DNA of 62,867 nt, counting the filler, from Lenisia limosa (Eukaryota > Protista > Breviatea): assembly GCA_001655205.1 (NCBI GenBank). It is 18 parts of 18 records of this genome, joined end to end, with 100 filler letters (N's around TTAATTAATTAA, not from the genome) between each part and the next. Parts side by side here need not be neighbours in the genome. Positions count along the whole stretch, not along the records: positions 49,348 to 50,887 come from LPNZ01000897.1; positions 50,988 to 52,314 come from LPNZ01002033.1; positions 52,415 to 57,509 come from LPNZ01005408.1; positions 57,610 to 62,867 come from LPNZ01001646.1; 14 more parts are not named here. One strand, 5' to 3'. Numbering within the stretch: position 1 is the first letter of the stretch; each line of letters begins with the position of its first letter. A model generated the notes under the pieces. It was given only the letters and a program-made list of their open reading frames with translations, made no database searches and had not been told where the DNA came from. Positions 49,248 through 60,039 of the stretch are shown in pieces. The position numbers and the translations under genes are program-made.

Positions 49248-49493
49248 NNNNNNNNNNNNNNNNNNNNNNNNNNNNNNNNNNNNNNNNNNNNTTAATTAAT
49301 TAANNNNNNNNNNNNNNNNNNNNNNNNNNNNNNNNNNNNNNNNNNNNATATATATACAGTATAGGGATGGGGGGGAGGGGGAATACGATAATTGAAGAAG
49401 CCACAAATCCTCAGGATATATTATATGGTCACAAAATTGCATCTAAAGCTACGGAAATAAACAAAAACACAAAACAAGAGAGCCTTTACCACA

Positions 49494-50770
49494 CTATTCC
49501 CGGATCTTGCGCATGCGCTCAATACCCATTTCGTCCATTTTTTCGCACCATGCCGCCCCGGCCTGGGCTCTCAGACGAACCACATCATCGACGTCCTGGC
49601 CACGGGCGCCTGGAGGAGGTGAATTTCCAAATACGGAAGGTGGAGGGAGTGGAGGTGGCGTTTTAAATAGGGAACAAAAAAAAATCAACAACAGAAAAAT
49701 AGACAAAAAACAAAAAAATTGAAATTAACTTCTAACCCATACCGAAAGTGAGGTCCAGGGTAATAGTCTCGTCATCACGCTTGAGAACAACTTCCACAAC
49801 TTCTCCTGGGAAGGCCTCAGATATGACCCTGTTTTGTTAGTATCCCCAACCACACTTCTTTGACAATAAGAGATCAATATATTCAAAGTAAACACACCAC
49901 TTTTTAATTGTTTCCCTAGATTTCCCTTCTCTTGTTATAAAACACTTTTTGACAATAAAAGAGAAATAATTTCAAACACTTGTAGATTGTTCACCCCCCC
50001 CCCCAAGGAGTGTGGGCGCGGAAGTATGGTAATTTGTTTCTGGCATCCCTATGTGTTTGTTTGTTTCCCTAGATTTCTAATGTATATTATTTCTCTTTTT
50101 TTTCAAAAAAAGAAAAAAGCCACCCACTTGTTGACATCGGTCGGCACGTTGGTAGGCCAGCCATCGAAGGAAATCAAGACATCTCCAGCCTCGAGCCCTG
50201 CAAGCATAGCTGGTCCGTCTCTCTTCATCAGCTCAACTTCAACTCCAACCTGCGGGGAGGGGAGTAAATTTGGAAAATTTATGAAACAAAAAAAGCCCAA
50301 ACAACAAAACAAAGCCCAGGGCAGTCGCTTCTGCAGCACTGCATCCCATCACTCCAGCGAGGCCGGGAGAGATAGAGAGTCATATCACCCCTATCAAAAA
50401 TATAAATGCAACAAACTACGATTTCCCCCGTCCCTACGGGGGGTCCTTCGGAAAGACGTGCACCGAGCTGCGGCTTCATGCCACGGAGCTTCTCACGGGC
50501 AGCGAGAGCCTCGGGAGAGGGGTTCTAGGGGGGGGGGGTAAAACGAAGGAAATTTCGATGAAGAATTTTGGCGTAAAGGGGCCAATTACGAACCGAATAA
50601 TCTGAAACTCCAAACAAACAAAAAAACAAAAATCAAATAGTAAAATTGGAAAATTTATGAAACCAAAAGCCCAAATAAAACTCCCCCCCTCCCCACCTCT
50701 TCATCCTCGTCTTCATCCTCACGCATGGCCTTCGGTGCAGCGTTTTTCTTCTTTTCGGCCTGACGGTCCT
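49494..50770 (-). CDS. PDZ-domain protein, 3' part
   Basis: KPQLGARLSEGPP|VGVEVELMKRDGPAMLAGLEAGDVLISFDGWPTNVPTDVNK|VISEAFPGEVVEVVLKRDDETITLDLTF|GARGQD...IRE* (GPAxxAGLxxGDVI PDZ motif). Confidence 0.85.
50250..50360 (-). repeat. Intron-3'-end repeat family copy ending at the acceptor AG
   Basis: Minus strand: cgctggagtgatgggatgcagtgctgcagaagcgactgccctgggctttgttttgttgtttgggc...ttcataaattttccaaatttactcccctccccgcag|GTTGGA. Confidence 0.9.
50525..50682 (-). repeat. Intron-3'-end repeat family copy making up nearly the whole intron
   Basis: Minus strand: tttgggcttttggtttcataaattttccaattttact...ttggagtttcagattattcggttcgtaattggcccctttacgccaaaattcttcatcgaaatttccttcgttttacccccccccctag|AAC. Confidence 0.88.
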
Positions 50771-50987
50771 ACAAAATCAGCAACGCCAATGTATCAAAGC
50801 GGATAGGGGAAGTGAAACAGCGATCTGACCGAAGCCGTGCACAATTTGATATTTCATACTATGTAGATAATATGTATAGCTATTCTANNNNNNNNNNNNN
50901 NNNNNNNNNNNNNNNNNNNNNNNNNNNNNNNTTAATTAATTAANNNNNNNNNNNNNNNNNNNNNNNNNNNNNNNNNNNNNNNNNNNN

Positions 50988-52215
50988 AAGTGGATGCGCC
51001 GCCGGAACACACTGTTATCGAGGAGGGCGTTGCCACGTCGGATGTCAAGCTACAAATCTCCGCCACCGCCGACACCCCGGACTGGGACATTTCGGACAAT
51101 GTCGAGGCCATTCGCTTCAAGTCGACGTTCATGTACCAATCGCGCGCTTTCACGTTCACTTTGCGTAATCCCAGCAAGGCCAAGCTCAACTTCAACTGGC
51201 GTCTTGTTAACTCGGCCCGACTCAGCTCTGACTCGGGTGGGCGGGTGATATTCCGCTGGATCTCTGTGATCCTAGTTTCAATAGAGACTTTACCGCAAAA
51301 TAATGTTCACCATTGTGATGAGTGATAAGTAGGGCTTCACTTCGGTTCAAAAAAGGCTGTATATTATCGATATTTTTCGAGGATTTATCAAGAAATTCAG
51401 TCTTTTTTCGAATCGTAGTGAAGCCCAATTGATAAGTAATTTTATTGCGGGTTGAATAATTATAAAACCTTTTTCTTGATCCTTGTGGTGTTCCACTCAA
51501 ATAAGAATAGAAACAATTCCCTAACCCGTACCGCAGAAGACTCAGATGACGATCTCGACTGTCCGTTCGCGGTCGAGCCCGAAAACGGCGAGGTGGCGCC
51601 TGGCGAAAGTGCCAATATCATTGTCCGCTTTGCTCCCGACGACGCTGGACTTTTCACGTACAATTTGAGGGTATTTGGGCAGTACCGTGTATTTATGGGA
51701 ACTAATTGCACAACGTGCTAAATATTATTATTCCTCATGAGTCACCGCACCCACATAAATAGAGTTGTTTTTTTCGCTATTCCTTGTTTTGTTGTTATCA
51801 GCCCTTGTGTGTTGTCCGCCAACAAAGTTGATTTTGGGCTTTTTTATTTCATAAATTTCCTTCGTTTCACCCCCCCTCCCCAGGGAGAAATCCAAGGCCT
51901 GGCCTCCAACGTGGCCCCCCCGAATCTCCCCGTAGTTGGCAAGGCCCTACGCCCGGTGTGTCACCTGGCTCTTGACGAGTCCGACTACCTCATATCCGGC
52001 CGACGACCGCCAAACCGCCCGCTTCCTTCCGGCGCAACAGTGGACGCTGCCACCACACGTGTGATTGAGTTTGAAAGCTGTGGCGTCCGCGTGAGAACTA
52101 CGCGACGATTCGCCCTTGTCAACCCAACCAACACGCCTTATAGCTTCATCTGGGAGGAGCTGGACGATGGCAGTTTATCATCCGAAACGTCGGCTTTCCG
52201 CTGCCTTTCTCGGTG
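50988..52215 (+). CDS. HYDIN: Hydin (central-pair projection protein), internal fragment
   Basis: IRFKSTFMYQSRAFTFTLRNPSKAKLNFNW..CPFAVEPENGEVAPGESANIIVRFAP..VVGKALRPVCHLALDESDYL.GRR..TRVIEFESCGVRVRTTRRFALVNPTNTPYSFIW match C-terminal Hydin ASH/Ig-like repeats. Confidence 0.9.
51330..51428. mobile_element. hAT-type MITE, full-length copy in a Hydin intron
   Basis: TAGGGCTTCACTTCGGTTCAAAA...TTTTCGAATCGTAGTGAAGCCCAA; flanks gtgataag/ttgataag (7/8 TSD). Confidence 0.88.
51760..51883 (+). repeat. Intron-3'-end repeat family copy ending at the acceptor AG (51883)
   Basis: ttgttttgttgttatcagcccttgtgtgttgtccgccaacaaagttgattttgggc...ttcataaatttccttcgtttcacccccctccccag|GGAGAA. Confidence 0.9.
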
Positions 52216-52414
52216 GGAGGGGTGCCTTCTTGAGGGCGGGGAAGGGGGTAACTCTTTTTTTTTGTTTGGGTGCCTTTTCTTCAATTTAATTTTCAATTAG
52301 ATCTGGCCTGGGTTNNNNNNNNNNNNNNNNNNNNNNNNNNNNNNNNNNNNNNNNNNNNTTAATTAATTAANNNNNNNNNNNNNNNNNNNNNNNNNNNNNN
52401 NNNNNNNNNNNNNN

Positions 52415-55400
52415 GGGAGATGGTGAAGACACAGTGACAGAAATTGCCGATGTGTCAACCTTGATTTGCGTGCAGCGGTCAGTGGTCGGGTCACGAGCGT
52501 ATCCGCGATGACAAACGCAGTCGTCAACGGAGGTCGAGCCGACATCGAGGGTTCTTGTGAAAGAGGGGCAAGGAACACATTCGGTCCGGGTTTGGAATGG
52601 TTGGTAGGACCTGTGAAGTGAAACGATATGTGAGTAGAGATGAGAAATAAAACAAGGTTGTTTCTGGCTATGGCTCAATATATTCTACCTATTTCCAATG
52701 AGCCAGATGAGACAGCTAGGTGATATTATAGATATGAGACATAAAACAAGGTTGTATCAGGTATGGCTCAAAATTGGCTCAACATTCTATTTCAATATTT
52801 ACTATTGCATTTTGTATTTGATGATATTATAGATGAGATGAGAAACAAGGTTGTATCTGACCAAAGCCGTCNNNNNNNNNNNNNNNNNNNNNNNNNNNNN
52901 NNNNNNNNNNNNNNNNNNNNNNNNNNNNNNNNNNNNNNNNNNNNNNNNNNNNNNNNNNNNNNNNNNNNNNNNNNNNNNNNNNNNNNNNNNNNNNNNNNNN
53001 NNNNNNNNTTCGGTTCCAAAAAAACTGATGTATCGATAAATCCCCAATAAATATCGATAATTCTCAAGACTTTTGGAACTGAAAGTAAAGATCTAGTTCC
53101 AAGTGAGTCTCTCTATGGTTTCATACCCAATTTCGCAAAGTGTGCATTCCTTCACTCCAATTGCGAGCCTAAAGCGGTCAGCCCTGAGATAATAATGGTA
53201 ATATGTTGATGGTATCCCTATGTATTCTTATGGTTCCCTAGATTTATTTAAGATATTTTCATGCCCCCCCCCCCCCNNNNNNNNNNNNNNNNNNNNNNNN
53301 NNNNNNNNNNNNNNNNNNNNNNNNNNNNNNNNNNNNNNNNNNNNNNNNNNNNNNNNNNNNNNNNNNNNNNNNNNNNNNNNNNNNNNNNNGCGTTGTCTCC
53401 GCATTCGATTTCTGAGAAAGTCAAGAGAGCGAGAGAGAGACAGCAAAATAAAACACCTACCAGAACAAGTGAAATCGGGCCATGTAGTGTCCGGGTTGCA
53501 CGTGACCAGCTCGTCAGTTTCAGGGACATAAAGGTCCTCGTCACAAACAATTGTGCATGCTGGTTGGAACGTCACGGGGTCTTCCGAGCAGTCTAAGTGG
53601 CCACCACCGATTACGATTGTTTCTGAAAGCTGCTGGCATGTCTCCCCTAGGAACGTAAATTTTGTGCATGTATATACATGTATGTATATATGTCATAATC
53701 ATATGATATGTATATATATATATATTACTGTGACCGCGATAGATAAGCCCTAACACGAATGACTGAAGATAAAGCTCAATATCTTTGTCAGGATTTATCA
53801 CTGTCAGTTAATATCTGGCCGAGGCCGACCACACCATCACGCTTATAAGAGAAATATTTTGATAGTTTTAGGCAACCACCTTTCCATCACGATCTTAGAT
53901 AGATAATTTATTAAAAGATGACGACGCCTCTCACCCCCGCAGTAGAAATCAGGTGCTCCCGAGGGAATCATTTCAGCGTCCAGACAGCCTTGGTTGCAGG
54001 TCTGTACGTCGGGTAGCGAGGTCATTGACTGTGTGTTGTTATTTTGCAGTGTGGTCACAATGATGTTGAATCTGGGAAAATATCAAGGATTTATGCATAA
54101 TTCCCCAATGAAAGTGAAGAAAAATATGAGCTGTTTTCCCAATAAAATTAAGGTATATACTTTTTCAAAACANNNNNNNNNNNNNNNNNNNNNNNNNNNN
54201 NNNNNNNNNNNNNNNNNNNNNNNNNNNNNNNNNNNNNNNNNNNNNNNNNNNNNNNNNNNNNNNNNNNNNNNNNNNNNNCGTCGAAATCAAGGCAAACGGC
54301 CTCAACCGTGGAGTCAAATGTACGCTGTGTGGGTGAGGCAATAGTTAAGGAAAGAGGAAATAGTAGGGCTTGAAGAAAAAACAGAGGAAAAGCACATAGG
54401 AAGAAGACTCAAAAAAAAGTACAAACCGTGCATTCATCAAGGCTGAGGTCAGCAACAACACCAGAAGTGACTAGTCTGTACTGTCAATGGTGTGTGTAGG
54501 AAAAGATATTTTTTTTAATATTATTTTTGTTTTGTGTAAAAAAAGGGGTTATCGCCGAAGCTTTCCAGTATTCAAGTTCCCCCCCCCCCTCCGCCCACCA
54601 TTATNNNNNNNNNNNNNNNNNNNNNNNNNNNNNNNNNNNNNNNNNNNNNNNNNNNNNNNNNNNNNNNNNNNNNNNNNNNNNNNNNNNNNNNNNNNNNNNN
54701 NNNNNNNNNNNNNNNNNNNNNNNNNNNNNNNNNNNNNNNNNNNNNNNNNNNNNNNNNNNNNNNNNNNNNNNNNNNNNNNNNNNNNNNNNNNNNNNNNNNN
54801 NAGCATACATAGTACCCCCTTATATGATCATCAATATATGCATCCAGGATAAGTCTTGACCGAGTTGCTGATAACCCAATTAAAATTGGTCAAGACTTTT
54901 CCCGGTCACTGTCTCATACCCCCCATTTCCTGATACCCCCCCATTTCCTAGGATGATACCCCCTACTTTGCACGTAGGGACTTGCCGATGAGTCCGCCAG
55001 TAAATGCGGACGAAAAGGAGCCGTGCATAACCAGACGGCTGTTCACAATCGAAACTGAACGCAATGTTACCTGAGGGGGAGGAGGTAAAGCAAAGGAAAT
55101 TTCGAATACTGCCGTAAAGGTGGTGAAACTGGATAATTTATGAAACAAAAAAGCCCCAATCAACTCTGTTGGCTGACAACACAGGGGATGAAATTTCGCT
55201 GAAAGCCTAGCCCCTTACAGTTGCATCCGTAGCATTTCCTAGGATGATACCACAATTTTCCGGGCGTTCACAAGGAGACACAATGTCATCAAATGTAACG
55301 TTTTCGATGGTGAAGGTGCCGTTGATCTACAAAGTGTAAAAAACGTAATAGTGTTTTGAGCTATAAACAGTCTTTGTGCAGTTAACCCTAATCTTTATGG

Positions 55401-57509
55401 CCCTGGTTTCAATGAGCCTAAACTCTTTATGATTCTAGTTTCAATAGAGACTTTCCTACAGGTATATGAAGGTGGATAAAACGGCCACATGTGCAGTGGA
55501 CGGGGTAACCCAAGGAAAATCGTTCAAGACTTATCCCGGTCACTGTACATATCATATAGTGTATTATATACACATATATCATATATACATGTATGCACAT
55601 ATGCTATACTACGCTATATGCCCGGCTTACAGAAGAGTAAATATTGCCGCGAAGACCCGTGATAGTGTTGCCGTTTCCTAGGATAAGAATCGAACCGGCC
55701 TGGAAAGTGAAACATAAAACGGAAAGTGAAACATAATAATGTTACTCAACCCTAGATTTTAAAAAAAACTAAAAAAATAGAATAGAAAAAATAATGGGAC
55801 GGAGGATTGGAAAAGATATATGAAAAAAGCTCAAAATCAACACTGCTGGCTAACACATAAGGAAATGGAAATGAACACCCGGAAAATGAAAAACCCATAA
55901 CGACCAAAAAAACAAAACAAAACAAAAGCCCACCCTACCACAGACTCATGCCAGCGGGGCTGCGCATCAGAACAGTCAATATCGTTTTTAATTTCGTACA
56001 CGCCGGCACGTGGCCTTCCGAGCTGCTCACAGCTAAATACGGAAAATTCACCGCTTAATCCGGACCATGCAGCTAAGCGAAAGAGCGATGACGTGGCTTC
56101 CCAATCAATTCCGTAAACCGCGTGGTCGAAAGGCGCCTCGAAGGCAAGGAAACTTGATCTTAAAGATCCCGCAGTGGTGGTGTTAATTTGGAGAGGTGAG
56201 TGGTCGACAAGGACAACTTCTCTGTTGGTTCCAAAGACACGGACTGACCCGGACATGGCAGTAGCCATTGGGCTCGGTGTGATGATTTTGACAGCTCCGG
56301 AGGAACTATCCACAGTTCGGATAATGACGTCGTTGAAGGTAACGGACGCCAAGTTTACGGATTGCGCAACGCTGGCGAGTTCACCGAGACAAGCCGATCC
56401 GATGGTGGTTCCGAGGACGGTGCGGGTCATGGTTAGAGAAGCGGAAGAGCCAGTAACGCTTCCGAAGGCGCCGACGGCAACACAGGCGTTGTCAAGGTCA
56501 CCCAGTTGATTGCTGCCTTCAAGTGACACGTCATCTAGAATGGCCGTGAAGGTGACGTTGAGCGTGGAGAACATTACTGCAGCGGACACGTCAGAGGAAA
56601 TCGCTACATTGACCAGAATGTGGTCAAGGACCAGAGAATCAATGGTTGCGGACCGGACCAGTCCCGATGCGGTGGTTGCGGAAATTTGGCCTTGGACGCG
56701 AACGTTTTGAANNNNNNNNNNNNNNNNNNNNNNNNNNNNNNNNNNNNNNNNNNNNNNNNNNNNNNNNNNNNNNNNNNNNNNNNNNNNNNNNNNNNNNNNN
56801 NNNNNNNNNNNNNNNNGACTGGGTAAGTGAATCGAACATTCCAGAAGCTGAGTCAGCCGTGATATCCAGGGTGATGTCGGCCTATGATCGTAAAAACTAT
56901 CAGACAAAATCGATCAGATGTAAAAGTGGAAAATAAAAAAAGGGTAACATTTCAAAAATGATAAACATTACCCCCCACTTCAACAACATTGAAAGCGACG
57001 GCGGCAGTAATAGCGATTCCAGCAGCCACCCCGCCGCGACCCTCCAAAACAAATCCGCAGTTGTAGATCGAAAGATCAAGTCCCATGAGGTCCCGCGCGA
57101 CCGTAGCGGCCTCGTTGGTTTTTTGCGTGGTTTTCAGGGAGAGGGTTGAGCTGGGGTGTGAGAAGAGAACTGCATCCATATAAGGCAAGTGTCAGTACTT
57201 GCCATGAGGGGAAAGTGATATTTATGGAAAGTAACTAATAAACAATAAGTCTCAGATTTCTTTTTGTCAAGACCACAAGGTCAGAAAGAAAAGAATAAAA
57301 AAACAAAAGAAAAAAACAAAACAAATAAAAAAACCCTAAACACAACCCCCCCAACCCCTCAAGAAGCAGGGTGCCTCCGGGGGCCTCTGTGACCACAAAA
57401 GCAGAGAGATCGGAAGAAGCGATCATAGAGATCGTGGAGTTTTTGAGTGTTGCCGAGCCAGTGAGGCTTTGGAAGAGCCCAGGACAGGTTGGGGCACTGC
57501 ATTTGATTT
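52415..57509 (-). CDS. Large surface protein: GLUG-like/beta-helical repeats, sushi-like module, ephrin-receptor-like Cys repeat, Ser/Thr stalk (internal fragment)
   Basis: GVYEIKNDIDCS, GNGNTITGL and FTGGLIG resemble GLUG-repeat proteins; CTIVCDEDLYVPETDELVTCNPDTTWPDFTC is CCP/sushi-like; SYQPFQTRTECVPCPSFTRTLDVGSTSVDDCVC is an Ephrin_rec_like (GCC2_GCC3) pattern. Confidence 0.7.
52630..52871 (-). repeat. Dispersed repeat family E (ataagcgtgatggtgtggacggcttcggccagatacaaccttgttttatttctcat), three partial copies here
   Basis: Same sequence at about 2985-3050 (+), 15205-15280 (-), 30390-30415 (+), 31905-31960 (+), 38010-38030 (-), 47121-47140 (+) and 53826-53850 (-). Confidence 0.75.
55071..55190 (-). 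repeat. Intron-3'-end repeat family copy ending at the acceptor AG
   Basis: Minus strand: tgtgttgtcagccaacagagttgattggggc...ttcataaattatccagtttcacc...tttacggcagtattcgaaatttcctttgctttacctcctccccctcag|GTAACA. Confidence 0.85.
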
Positions 57510-60039
57510 NNNNNNNNNNNNNNNNNNNNNNNNNNNNNNNNNNNNNNNNNNNNTTAATTAATTAANNNNNNNNNNNNNNNNNNNNNNNNNNNNNNNNNNN
57601 NNNNNNNNNTAAACGATCAAAAATCAATATCAAATCCCAAAAAAGGAAAACGAAAGTAACTGACAAATGTGATTGTTTTCTTCCGCACATCGAGGAAGAG
57701 CTGGGTTTCCCTTCGCAAGCACGTTCCAGGGCTCTACAACCCCAACAGGAAGGAAAATGACCCGGACACACTCGTAGGGGGGGGGGGCAACTGGAAAATT
57801 GAATCATTTTCCTTTGTTTCGTTTTTAGTATTACCCTCCTCCCCTTTGACGAATCTAATTATTTTGGAGACACGAGATCTTAAGATCGCAAGGCCACAGT
57901 GCTGGATGAAGAGGATGATGATGTTTGTTTGGTTTCATCATAATTTATATTGTTTCGTGTACTGTGTGTGCTGTGTTTTTGTATTTCGAACATCTTTTTT
58001 TTGATAAATTTTTGTATTTTGAAACTAGGTGTGGCTTTGTTGTGAATCAAGATTGAATTTTTTTTTTATATACTCTTGACTGAGGCTTTCGACATGTTGA
58101 CACTGCCAACAATTGACATTGTATTTTAAAGGTACTTGAGAGAAGATACACTGTTTTTTTTTTTTCTTCTTTATTCGCTGGCTTTAAGGCCATATAATAC
58201 AATGGGTATGATAATAATCACATTCAAGAGACAGAGAAACATGAGTGTATTTCAAAAATGATAGCGCTAAATAAACATAGCTCTGACAAGAGCGGAAGGA
58301 AGAGAAGAAACCTTTACACCAGTCCTGCAGTGTGAGCAAGGTGAATAGAAAGATAAACAAATTATCCCAGAAAATATCTTGAAAAGCAAGACACCAATGA
58401 CAAATAGAATCACATAGCAGTGGACAGGAGCGGAAGAGACAAAGAGATGTTATAGTGAGAAATTATCATGGTTTTTATGAGGTAAGAGTGCTTCAATTCC
58501 CATTGACCTCACCAGAGTTGCCGTCAAAAGGTCGAATACCTCCCAAGAAGATCCCAGGTTTCCTCATCGTGGATGAGAACCCTCCCCGCGCCTATCGCCA
58601 ACAGCTTCACTGAGGGAACTCGCACTCCAGCAATCCTTATAAACACTGGAACATCATAATACTGGAAAAAGAAGTATATTTTATATATATATATATTATA
58701 TATAAAAAAATAAATCTTTTTGTGGTCATACCGAGACGGCCTCTTTTGGAGCTCTATAAAAAAATGTATTAGAAATTAAGTTCTAGACATTTTTCTGTTT
58801 GTCTTGTTTTCTCGTTCCTATTCCTTTACCTGCAATGACACACCTGAACGACCTCCTAAGGGAAATGGCCAAAATTGCAATACAAAACCTCAACGTCACA
58901 ATCAAATGAAGCAGAGCCAAGAAGGTTTTTAGTATGGTGTTTACGTTACACCAGCTTTACTGATCTTGAAAAGAGCAACTGTTTATCAACCTTGAGTATA
59001 TGATAATTGCATCTTTTCAGCATATTCATATTCTTTAGAGGATTTTAATGCAATTTTTAAAGGTCTTAGTAAACAGCATTATGTGTCTAATATCATATGT
59101 AGTTACATCATTAATGCCAAATGTTTTTTTTTTATTTTATGGTAAATCATATTATATAGTAAAACTTTTTTTTCAAACAAACCCCCATATTAGGTGAATA
59201 AATATATGATGTGAAATGACTGAAAAGGGGAATATAGCCAAATATCCGAGATGGCACCCCAGGTTAACTTGTTAAAGTACTAAATTTAACATTTAATTCT
59301 AATGAGATGGACCACATCAATAATGCGAAGGCAAAAATTTGGCAAAGAAAAAAATGACATTTCAACCGGAAATGAGAGGTCACCAGAGGATATCAACTAT
59401 TTCAGGAGTGACGTTTTTGTCAGGAACCTTCAGGCCAACTTTACTTCAGCGTATTCTCAATAGATTTCAAGTAATAACTTTGACATTAGCGGGGCTTGAA
59501 ATGCTGACCCTATCGGGACGATACAGCCCAAGCAGAGGATCTGCATTTGGTAGGTGAGAGAAACAAAAACCAATTTGAAGCAACGATAAGCCTCTAGCGA
59601 GCTCAGGACGGCAGCAGCTGTACCGCACACACGAAATGTCTTCATTGGGTAAACCGCGATCCCACAAGAAAGTGGGGATAGTGATATTCACTTCAAACTG
59701 TGGCCAGTGAACATGAAGTTAAAAACGGCATAATGGGGGGAGGTTCTAGCGACTATTTGTGGTGGAAATGTGTTATATCAGTGTGAATTTGTAAGAAATG
59801 ATTCTTATAGTGTAATAAATGTGGGTAGAAAATAGGTTATTACAACAATTTGGGTAGAAATGCGTTATTACAATGTTGCACACTGCACATTTAACAAGAT
59901 AAGCGCAGTCCTGTCGCATCATCAAAATTTGAGACCCCCCCAGATTTTCCCGAACATAATATACACAGGCATTTTTTACAGCGCTGCTGTCAGGTATTTT
60001 TCTTATCTTCTTATTATTGCACACTAATATTCTATTCTC

